Assembly (NCBI RefSeq): GCF_001194135.2 | Contig: NC_069002.1 | Location: forward strand, 14,863,590-14,927,589 | Length of the DNA stretch: 64,000 nucleotides | Direction of reading: 5' to 3' | From: Octopus bimaculoides | Lineage: Eukaryota | In this document: positions 53,201 through 59,613 of the stretch, piece after piece | How the letters are laid out: every line of letters starts with the position of its first letter | Position numbering within the stretch: the stretch's first letter is position 1 | Translations under genes and position numbers: made by a program | Notes under the pieces: model-generated | Databases searched by the model: none | What the model was told of the DNA's origin: nothing | What the model saw: only the letters and a program-made list of their open reading frames with translations

Positions 53201-54036
53201 CCGCCGAGGTCGACTTTGCCTTTCATCCTTTCGGGGTCGATATATTAAGTACCAGTTATGCACTGGGGTTGATGTAATCGACTTAATCCCTTTGTCTGTC
53301 CTTGTTTGTCCCCTCTATGTTTAGCTCTTTGTGGACAGTAAAGAAATAAGAATATTCTTCAAACTTTGTAAATTAGTGATTTTCTAACCTATTTTTTCAA
53401 TAATAATTAAAAGGACCACGTCATTTAAAGGACTGCCCCTTCTCTTCAGGGTCAGATGTTACTTCAGCCCCCAACAATCAATGAAATTTCTGAGGTACGT
53501 AATGGATGGTGTGCCTACATTTAGGACAGTGCTGCCTCTGTATGCACACTCACACACACACACATCCTTGACTGTGTCCAGAGAAGGCTACTTAACTGAT
53601 CGGCATAAAATCTCTGACAACTGTGCACCATTCTCTGGCTTACAGGCTTGCTACTGTTCCCTCTCTGTATCTTTTCTACTACTCCTGTAATGGCCTTTGT
53701 CTCTCAGAGCTGACTGACTCCATGCCACCTTCACTCAATCACCCTCAACTCATTCATCTCTCCCCTTATCACCCATGTGATGCTCAACTTTTAAACCCAC
53801 ACCACTCACTCTGCACTAATCACCATGCCCTAATTAACCTTATGCAGATTCTCCACTTCTTGGCATTCCCATCATGCTCTACTCTTACCTGCTGGCATCA
53901 GGAATTCTACAGAAGAGAATCAGTTCCAATTACTTTTAGAGTTGATTTGGTACCGTTTTTTCTTTATATTAAAAAAAGTCAACCAAATCCTTTAAGTGGA
54001 TTTGATAAAAGGAAACTGAAAGTGGCCCATCATATT

Positions 54037-54076
<40 letters not shown>

Positions 54077-57000
54077 TGTCTTTGTCTTGACATCACCTGA
54101 CATGAAACATATTAGTGTAACTGTGTAGATGTGACATGAAAGATTTACATTGTAACAAAATAGCTTATTGAGTGCCACTGTAATTCAAGCAGTATTCTTC
54201 CTTCCCAGTCTATTGTGCAAACATGTCTGGCCATGGCGAAATAGTGTGGAGGTGCATGGCTTAGTGGTTCGGGTATTGGCCTCAGGATCATAATATTGTG
54301 GTTTCGATTCCTGGAATGGGTGACACATTGCGTTCTTGAGCAAAACACTTCATTTCATGTTGCTCCAGTCCACTCAGCTGGCAAAAGTGAGTAATCCTGC
54401 GACAGACCAGTGTCCTGTCCAGATCATCATCATCATCATCATCATCGTTTAACGTCCGCTTTCCATGCTAGCATGGGTTGGACGATTTGACTGAGAACTG
54501 GTGAACCAGATGGCTACACCAGGCTCCAATCTGATTTGGCAGAGTTTCTACAGCTGGATGCCCTTCCTAACGCCAACCACTCCGAGAGTGTAGTGGGTGC
54601 TTTTACGTGTCACCCGCACGAAGGCCAGTCAGGCGGTACTGGCGGGGAATATGTATATCAAGAAAGAATATACAGGGTGGCCCAAAACTAGGTTTACAAT
54701 TATTCAACTATCTCTTTCGCATTCATATATTAACAGTTTAGATCTTAATTATAAAAAAATATGAAACTGTTATTCTATGCTAATTTAGTTAATTTTGTCA
54801 AGCTCCCTTTGCAGTTTGTAAGATAGAAATTTAAATGTAATAAAATGTTTTGAAAGGAGTTTAAAATGCCTATGTGATAACTGTAAACCTACTTTTGGGC
54901 CACTCTATATGTCATAAAACTAGGAAACTGGCCCTTGTGAGTTGGTATGAGTTGAGAAGGTGAGTTTAACTTTTGTGGAGCGACATCGATCATAAGATTG
55001 GTGGTGGGGATGATGATGATGATGATGATCATGATGAAATATTTCCTACTTCTTGTCACTCCAGGGTCCTGTTCAGGTTTATCGCAGATGATTGGTGCCA
55101 CAGGTAAAGATGTGTTATATATCGGTGATCACATCTATGGAGACATTCTCAAGTCTAAGAAAGAAAGAGGATGGAGAACGTTTCTCATTATTCCTGAACT
55201 CAAGCATGAATTGAAAGTGTGGACAGATAAAAAGCATTTGTTTGAGGAAATTAGTGATCTTGAGGTGGAACTGTCAAGGATTTACAGGTAAGTTGCTTAA
55301 TCCTTTAGAGTTCAAACTAACTGAAGTGGAGGCGCAATGGCCCAGTGGTTAGGGCAGCGGATTCGCGGTCATAGGATTGCTGTTTTGATTCCCAGACCGG
55401 GCGTTGTGAGTGTTTATTGAGCGAAAACACTTAAAGCTCCACGAGGCTCCGGCAGGGGATGGTGGCGAACCCTGCTGTACTCTTTCACCACAACTCTCTC
55501 TCTCACACTTTCTTCCTGTTTCTGTTGTGCCTGTAATTCAAAGGGTTAGCTATGTCACACTGTGTCACGCTGAATATCCCCGAGAACTACGTTAAGGGTA
55601 CATGTGTCTGTGGAGTGCTCAGCCACTTTCACGTTAATTTCACGAGCAGGCTGTTCCGTTGATCGGATCAACTGGAACCCTCGACGTCGTAAGCGACGGA
55701 GTGCCAACAACAAACTAACTGAAATCTGGTAAGCTACAACACCACCATCAACATCTAGACTAAATTAATTACATGTGAGAGATCAGTTTGATAGGAGTTG
55801 ATTTGCTGTTTATTTGTAACTCTACTGAAAAACCAATTCCAGCCTAGTTTCTTTGTTTCTTTGCAGAGATCTTGACAGCAGTTCTCAAGAAAATCCCAGT
55901 AGTCAACACATTAGGAATTCCCTGAAGGTAATTACTGTTTGTTACAGAACTCCATTGCAAGGTTACAAAAACTAATTCATCAAAGTAAATTATATTAAAA
56001 TGAATTGTTACATACATAGAGAACAGTGATGGCTAAAACAATGATGTATATATTCATTCTTAATATGTTCTGACAAATTTGAATGTGATTATGTTAATCA
56101 ATGTTATATTTTGTATTTGAAGAGCAACTTCCTCTTTCTGGTGATGAGATTCTGAAATGTGTTCTACCTGTTTGTGTCTCTTTAGCCAAAGCTACCCCCA
56201 TATCAATGAAACTGAACAAAAATTGTGGCTCTTGTCTATAGAAATCAGCAAACATGATATTTATTAAACCATGCTGATGTCTGTCAAACCAGTAATATAG
56301 AATGAGCATAATCGTGTATAAGTTAAAATGTGTCTGATAGAATTGTTTGTGTGCCAGATAAAATTCTTAGTGGCATCTCTTCTGGCTCTTTACATTCCAG
56401 GTTCAAATTCCACCAAGATCAGCTTTGCCTTTTATCCTTTCAAGGTTTATAAAATAAGCACTCCTTGATCACTGGGGGGCCGATGTAATTGACTTGTCCT
56501 GCCCCTAAAATTGCTGTCTTTATGCCAAAATTTGAAATGTGTGTAAACTGTTTAGTTCAAATATGTTTGTGATTTATTTCAGGGGTTTTCAAACTGTGGT
56601 CTGCGAACCACAGGGGGTCCGTGGACAGCAAATACTTTTTATGGGCAATTTGATTTTATATATGTTTTTTAATCAAAATGTTTTAATTGACAATAAACCT
56701 ATTTGTTAAATACTGTTAAATTAATAAATGTAAAAATATATGTTATTTTAAGCAAATATTTATGTATAAATTTCATAAGCGTTTATAAGGGGGGTCCCTA
56801 AGGTAAAGCCTGAAATATAAAGGGGTCCGCAAGTCAAAAAGTTTGAAAACCCCTGATTTATTTGACAGTTTCTTCTGTGATTGGCTACTGAGAAAAATTC
56901 TCATTTTAGGCAAAAATAAAGATGTTAAAATATCAACAGTAATTTCTTAGCCAGACGCTGCTGGAATGAGGAATGCATTTCTGGCTACTTGGCTTTCATC

Positions 57001-57338
57001 AGCACCAAAAACTGCAAGTGAGTGAGTGAGTGAGAATCCTGAAATGACTCTGGAAGTCTCTGTTTCTTTTATAGAAAATTAGTATCAATTTATGAACTGC
57101 TTAACTTATAATGATTAATAAATATTGTCTTTGTGTGTTTGTTTGCAGGACGTTAAAGGTAAAATGGATTTAGCGTATGGTTTATTGGGAAGCCTATTCA
57201 GAAGTGGTGAGTAAAATGTACCTGACTTTGGTTCGTATATGTGAGCATTAATGTGTGTGTGTGTGTGTGTGTATTATATGTCCATAAGTGTATATGTATT
57301 TGTGTACATACATACATATATATGTATATATATATGTA

Positions 57339-57387
<49 letters not shown>

Positions 57388-57647
57388 NNNNNNNNNNNNN
57401 NNNNNNNNNNNNNNNNNNNNNNNNNNNNNNNNNNNNNNNNNNNNNNNNNNNNNNNNNNNNNNNNNNNNNNNNNNNNNNNNNNNNNNNNNNNNNNNNNNNN
57501 NNNNNNNNNNNNNNNNNNNNNNNNNNNNNNNNNNNNNNNNNNNNNNNNNNNNNNNNNNNNNNNNNNNNNNNNNNNNNNNNNNNNNNNNNNNNNNNNNNNN
57601 NNNNNNNNNNNNNNNNNNNNNNNNNNNNNNNNNNNNNNNNNNNNNNN

Positions 57648-57686
<39 letters not shown>

Positions 57687-59090
57687 ATGTTTGTGTGTCT
57701 GTGTTTGTCCCCCAACATCGCTTGACAACCAATACTGGTGTGCTTACGTCCCCGTAACTTAGCAGTTCAGCAAAAGAGACCAATAGAATAAGTACCAGGC
57801 TTACAAAGAATAAGTCCTGCTGTCGATTTCTTCGACTAAAAGTGGTGCTCCAGCATGGCTGCAGTCAAATGACTGAAACAAGTAAAAGTGTAAAAGAGTT
57901 ACCTGTTATTTGCATTATTAGTTCAAATTCAACCTAGGTTAGCTTTGTTTATTGTCCCTGGGAAACATGTCTTTGATTGCAAAGAACCAGAAATAAGTTA
58001 CATTCACTTCTCAGTTTTTACTTATCATTTTCTTTTCTTTTTCTTTTTTGTTCCAGATTCACAACAGACTTTCTTTGCCGCTCAAGTGATGCGATATGCT
58101 GACCTCTATGCAGCATCTGTCACCAATCTACTCCACTATCCATTTTGCTATTCATTCGTTGCACCAAGGATGTTGGTCAGTATATTGTTTCCATGATAAC
58201 TGTTGTTATTGTCATTGTTGTTTATGTTATCAGCAGTTATGTGAAAGCATTGGACAAAATACCTTGTGGTATTAACCTATGGTCCTTTAGATTCTGTGTT
58301 CACTTCTTACAGAGACTGATAATTGTATAATACTCAAATCAATAGGATTGACTGTTCTTTATGCCTATGTAATGATGATGATAACAACAACAACAACAAC
58401 AACAACAACCACAACAATAATAATAATAACAACATAAGAGAATTAATTAACTGTAGCATGAAGAAATGCAAAGTAGATCTCTACTCAGGTGACACAGTTT
58501 TAGGGAAAGTTAAGATCAAAAAAGGAATTTCCCAGGGGGACATGTTGTCCCTTTTAATATTTGTCTTATATTTGATCCCCCTCAGTTTAGTATTAAGGAA
58601 ACCAAAGGTAGGATATCAGTTCTGAAACAGTAGAAGGAGAATTAACCATTTGCTCTACTTGGATGATTTGAAGCTTTTTAGTAAGAATGAAAACGAGATA
58701 GATTCCTTAATACACACCGTAAGACTCTCCAGCAGAGATACAGTCATTGAATTTGGTATAGATAAGTATGCAATATTAGTCATGAAAAGGGACAGGTAGT
58801 CAACAGTGAAGGCATCCAATTGCCAGATGGCCAGACATTAAAATCATTGAAAGGAGGAGAGAGCATTAGAATTTGACAAGGTACGTTGGTACCTTCTCAA
58901 ATTCTATGCTGAATGTCTCCCATGATAATTAATGACCCAATATCAAAGCTTATAATGTGCAGAAAGAGACCTTGTGAGACCCCTGATAGCAGGCTGTTGT
59001 CTTCTTTCACAGAATCAACCAGAACAGACAAGACTGAGTACTCTGAGAAGTAAAACATTGATAATAATGATAATAATGATAATAATAATA

Positions 59091-59124
<34 letters not shown>

Positions 59125-59192
59125 ACACACTCATTCTCTGTCTGTCTCTGTCTGTCTGTCTGTCTCTCTCTCTGTCTGACTGTCTGTCTCTC

Positions 59193-59225
<33 letters not shown>

Positions 59226-59613
59226 GTCTGTCTGTCTCTCTCTGTCTGTCTCTCTCTCTCTCTCTCTGTCTGTCTGTCTGTCTCTCTCTGTCTGTCTCTG
59301 TCTCTCTCTCTGTCTCTGTCTGTCTCTCTCTCTCTCTCTGACACTTAATATTTCCTTTTATGATGTTTATTCTCGTCTTATTCAGATGTCACATGAATCA
59401 ACAGTGGACCACGATGACTGTCCGCCAGTAGAAGATAACTTTGCATCAAGGGCACGGTCACAGAGTCAAAGCCAAGTTATGAAATCTCCAGTTTCAAAAA
59501 AATCTAGGCTGAACAGAGACATTCCTAACAGCAAAAATGTTCCGAATTTAAGAGCTGACACTCCAAAGAAGTTGACTTATTCCCCTGATGATGATGATTC
59601 TGATGACAATTGA
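17260..59613 (+). CDS. NT5C2: Spliced gene: cytosolic purine 5'-nucleotidase (cN-II, HAD superfamily); 15 visible coding exons plus 2 inferred to lie in gaps
   Basis: join(17260-17351,31044-31117,31852-31969,39898-39993,[missing],43471-43528,46872-46965,48838-48917,49711-49771,50906-50941,[missing],52851-52917,55065-55287,55867-55927,57149-57206,58057-58175,59386-59613); 1465 nt visible. HAD motifs DMDYT, TNS and GDHIYGD are present, as are cN-II-specific [24 protein letters not shown] and an acidic tail. All visible introns are GT-AG. Confidence 0.96.
17986..18322 (+). mobile_element. tRNA-derived SINE family G
   Basis: GTTCTTGAGCAAGACA...CACTCAGCTGTAGAAAT...GGTGCAATCCC shared with the 61671 and 62808 copies. 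Confidence 0.8.
19017..19236 (+). mobile_element. SINE family C, full length
   Basis: 19-bp TSD AGAAACTGATAATGTAGTT at 18998-19016 and 19237-19255. Confidence 0.9.
20139..20768. repeat. Minisatellite TTTCAC(TA)3-5, about 630 bp
   Basis: Dozens of 12-16 bp units; 10-N gap at 20474-20483. Confidence 0.95.
21190..21522 (+). mobile_element. SINE family B with an internal ~50-bp deletion
   Basis: GAGCGAAAGC joins directly to ACTCTTTCACC, unlike the full copies. Confidence 0.88.
23630..23860 (+). mobile_element. SINE family A 3' half (5' part in gap 23183-23629)
   Basis: Diagnostic body and tail. Confidence 0.8.
25197..25475 (+). mobile_element. SINE family B 3' part (head in gap 24623-25196)
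   Basis: Identity to other family B copies. Confidence 0.85.
25930..26395. repeat. Degenerate (TG)n/(TATG)n low-complexity tract following a SINE A head (25760-25920)
   Basis: Direct inspection. Confidence 0.85.
26533..26860 (+). mobile_element. SINE family A, 5'-truncated
   Basis: Diagnostic body and tail. Confidence 0.88.
27090..27325 (-). mobile_element. SINE family C variant
   Basis: GAAAGGCAAAGTTGA...GAATTTGAACTCAGAAC core. Confidence 0.75.
27359..27530 (-). mobile_element. Probable LINE 3' tail inserted in an (AAT)n tract
   Basis: Minus strand ends GCCCTTGTGGCCAATAAAACCAGAATTAA(TTA)n; (AAT)n on both sides. Confidence 0.4.
28070..28458 (+). mobile_element. SINE family B, full length
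   Basis: TSD-like ATCTCTTACT at 28058-28067 and 28459-28468. Confidence 0.92.
29100..29925. repeat. Compound (TA)n/(TG)n/(CAT)n microsatellite with gap 29284-29606
   Basis: Direct inspection. Confidence 0.95.
30401..30690. mobile_element. piggyBac-like MITE (290 bp)
   Basis: TTAA|CCCATTAC ... GTAATGGG|TTAA; perfect TTAA duplication. Confidence 0.85.
31044..31117 (+). CDS. NT5C2: Coding exon 2 (74 nt): (R)[24 protein letters not shown]; HAD motif I
   Basis: TAG| acceptor, |GTAAGT donor; DMDYT nucleophile motif. Confidence 0.97.
31203..31775. repeat. Minisatellite of ~14-bp TGACTC(T/C)TCT(A/G)CT(A/T/G) units, forming 28-bp higher-order units at the 5' end
   Basis: TGACTCTTCTACTA-TGACTCCTCTGCTT repeated from 31220, degenerating 3'-ward. 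Confidence 0.9.
31852..31969 (+). CDS. NT5C2: Coding exon 3 (118 nt): (V)[38 protein letters not shown](R)
   Basis: CAG| and |GTGAGA; aligns to human VYKSPEYES...GYP...YDSTFPTR. Confidence 0.97.
33450..34900 (-). mobile_element. Penelope-like element remnant: RT N-terminal fragment (34314-34661, minus) between ~250-bp inverted repeats
   Basis: SDKTGNLH...YNNLI...RTEQY...TLEDHKLNF resembles the PLE RT motif DKT-N-Y...TLKDHK-NF; 33450-33705 is the reverse complement of 34670-34900. Confidence 0.7.
34905..35280. mobile_element. Head-to-head dimer of a tRNA-headed SINE-like element with a 3' hammerhead motif (right monomer runs into gap 35281-35694)
   Basis: 87-bp arms 35098-35184 and 35194-35280; A box TGGCGTAGTGG, B box GAGTTYGWTTCC; hammerhead in the left monomer. 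Confidence 0.75.
34993..35038 (-). ncRNA. Minimal type I hammerhead ribozyme motif
   Basis: Minus strand reads GACAC-CTGAAGA-AAGCTG(gagggtatat)CAGCC-GAAA-CG-TT-GTGTT: core, stem II, palindromic ACGT stem III, stem I. Confidence 0.7.
35880..36122. repeat. Near-perfect palindrome (~120-bp arms, 4-nt loop) of PLE pLTR-like sequence
   Basis: Arms 35880-35999 and 36004-36122; homologous to 38715-38835 downstream of the GIY-YIG remnant. Confidence 0.9.
36148..36318 (-). mobile_element. RTE-clade LINE 3' end in (TA)n
   Basis: Diagnostic tail. Confidence 0.85.
37380..38835 (+). pseudogene. Penelope-like element 3' part: Cys-rich linker and GIY-YIG endonuclease with two premature stops, gap, then 3' pLTR-like sequence
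   Basis: CGDGRCGTC...[36 protein letters not shown]...SEHLGTC...KIFPFYK, i.e. VIY-(Y)IG and CCHH motifs. Confidence 0.85.
38920..39410. mobile_element. Inverted pair of ~170-bp pLTR-like repeats, each with a hammerhead motif
   Basis: 38920-39095 is the reverse complement of 39240-39410; CTGATGA...GAAA at 38998-39041 (+) and 39288-39330 (-). Confidence 0.75.
39898..39993 (+). CDS. NT5C2: Coding exon 4 (96 nt): (R)[31 protein letters not shown]
   Basis: CAG| and |GTAAGA; YGNLLKVD motif. Confidence 0.97.
40172..40735 (+). mobile_element. RTE-clade LINE ORF2 C-terminal fragment (degraded)
   Basis: [12 protein letters not shown]...RLERNE...[11 protein letters not shown]...[14 protein letters not shown]. 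Confidence 0.88.
41260..41560 (-). mobile_element. Diverged SINE family A
   Basis: Antisense tail TTTACTTGTTTCAGTCATTTGACTG. Confidence 0.7.
41591..41965 (-). mobile_element. SINE family B (5' end at gap 41966-42560)
   Basis: Identity to other family B copies. Confidence 0.9.
42561..42883 (-). mobile_element. SINE family A
   Basis: Identity to other family A copies. Confidence 0.88.
42930..43204 (+). mobile_element. RTE-clade LINE 3' end
   Basis: Diagnostic tail. Confidence 0.85.
43471..43528 (+). CDS. NT5C2: Coding exon 6 (58 nt): (E)[18 protein letters not shown](K)
   Basis: CAG| and |GTAAGT; aligns to human ETYLLACLVDFFTNC. Confidence 0.95.
43612..45830 (-). mobile_element. RTE-clade LINE remnant, ~2.2 kb (RT with PHD-like Zn finger, C-terminus, 3' UTR); internally deleted and frameshifted
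   Basis: [29 protein letters not shown]...ADDLAL...; PCSIC...[12 protein letters not shown]; MLHGSETW; (CAT)n tail at left. Confidence 0.9.
43686..43968. mobile_element. hAT-type MITE (283 bp) inserted in the RTE tail
   Basis: TIR CAGGGGTTTTCAAAC/GTTTGAAAACCCCTG; 8-bp TSD ATTTAACG at 43678-43685 and 43969-43976. Confidence 0.95.
46872..46965 (+). CDS. NT5C2: Coding exon 7 (94 nt): (K)[31 protein letters not shown]
   Basis: CAG| and |GTAATT; SMFQDVR motif. Confidence 0.96.
47008..48076 (-). mobile_element. RTE-clade LINE 3' ~1.07 kb (ORF2 C-terminus and 3' UTR)
   Basis: [10 protein letters not shown]...[14 protein letters not shown]...EGTCRRGR; (CAT)n tail. Confidence 0.9.
48322..48625 (+). 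mobile_element. RTE-clade LINE 3' end
   Basis: Diagnostic tail. Confidence 0.85.
48838..48917 (+). CDS. NT5C2: Coding exon 8 (80 nt): [26 protein letters not shown](R)
   Basis: CAG| and |GTATGT; aligns to human GSLKEKTVENLEKYV...LLSR. Confidence 0.93.
49711..49771 (+). CDS. NT5C2: Coding exon 9 (61 nt): (R)[20 protein letters not shown]; HAD motif II
   Basis: CAG| and |GTAAGT; TNSD motif. Confidence 0.95.
50906..50941 (+). CDS. NT5C2: Coding exon 10 (36-nt micro-exon): [12 protein letters not shown]
   Basis: TTTTCAG| and |GTAAGT; aligns to human KIMTYLFD; phase 0-0. Confidence 0.88.
50979..51631. mobile_element. Possible Helitron/HINE-like non-autonomous element starting with a terminal hairpin
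   Basis: CTAGCAGAAA-GACTGCCCTCCGGGCGGA-TTTCTGCTAG; classification rests on recalled ACTAGCAG-start elements only. Confidence 0.3.
51735..52025. repeat. Degenerate ~35-40 bp tandem repeat (TAGRTGTGACATGAAAGAT...GTAAC); related sequence at 54095-54165
   Basis: Direct inspection. Confidence 0.6.
52055..52540 (+). mobile_element. RTE-clade LINE 3' UTR
   Basis: Diagnostic tail. Confidence 0.85.
52851..52917 (+). CDS. NT5C2: Coding exon 12 (67 nt): [22 protein letters not shown](G)
   Basis: CAG| and |GTAAGT; aligns to human [23 protein letters not shown]. Confidence 0.93.
53113..53348 (+). mobile_element. SINE family C, full length
   Basis: 15-bp TSD AGAATATTCTTCAAA at 53098-53112 and 53349-53363. 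Confidence 0.9.
54422..54645 (-). mobile_element. RTE-clade LINE 3' end inserted into a family G SINE (54250-54420)
   Basis: Diagnostic tail. Confidence 0.85.
54673..54907. mobile_element. Tc1/mariner-type MITE (235 bp)
   Basis: TA|CAGGGTGGCCCAAAACTAGGTTTACA ... TGTAAACCTACTTTTGGGCCACTCTA|TA. Confidence 0.85.
55065..55287 (+). CDS. NT5C2: Coding exon 13 (223 nt): (G)[73 protein letters not shown](R); HAD motif IV
   Basis: CAG| and |GTAAGT; GDHxxGD motif; lies inside ORF 54998-55291. Confidence 0.98.
55328..55710 (+). mobile_element. SINE family B, full length
   Basis: 13-bp TSD CAAACTAACTGAA at 55313-55325 and 55711-55723. Confidence 0.92.
55867..55927 (+). CDS. NT5C2: Coding exon 14 (61 nt): (R)[20 protein letters not shown]; arm region
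   Basis: CAG| and |GTAATT; LDSSS matches human HLDSSSNERPD. Confidence 0.94.
56580..56855. mobile_element. hAT-type MITE (276 bp), same family as 43686-43968, inverted
   Basis: Same TIRs; 8-bp TSD ATTTATTT at 56572-56579 and 56856-56863. Confidence 0.95.
57149..57206 (+). CDS. NT5C2: Coding exon 15 (58 nt): [19 protein letters not shown]
   Basis: CAG| and |GTGAGT; GSLFRS motif. Confidence 0.95.
57660..57900 (+). mobile_element. SINE family A 3' half following a (TA)n/gap block
   Basis: Diagnostic body and tail. Confidence 0.85.
58057..58175 (+). CDS. NT5C2: Coding exon 16 (119 nt): (D)[39 protein letters not shown]
   Basis: Long polypyrimidine tract + CAG|, donor |GTCAGT; [12 protein letters not shown] motif. 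Confidence 0.97.
58430..58865 (+). mobile_element. R2-superfamily (R4/Dong-like) non-LTR RT fragment, degraded
   Basis: [29 protein letters not shown]...GYQF*...[13 protein letters not shown]...EFGIDKYA. Confidence 0.8.
59138..59341. repeat. Compound (CT)n/(CTGT)n microsatellite ~45 nt upstream of the last exon acceptor
   Basis: Direct inspection. Confidence 0.95.
59386..59613 (+). CDS. NT5C2: Last coding exon (228 nt incl. TGA): MSHESTV...[23 protein letters not shown]
   Basis: TTCAG|ATG; HESTV matches human MPHESTV; acidic C-terminal tail. Confidence 0.94.
   Translation: MSHESTVDHDDCPPVEDNFASRARSQSQSQVMKSPVSKKSRLNRDIPNSKNVPNLRADTPKKLTYSPDDDDSDDN

Noticed and set aside
54998-55064. ATG-initiated N-terminal extension MVVGMMMMM... 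of the 97-aa ORF
   Set aside because: Intronic (GAT)n sequence upstream of the CAG acceptor at 55063-55064; only 55065-55287 is exon.
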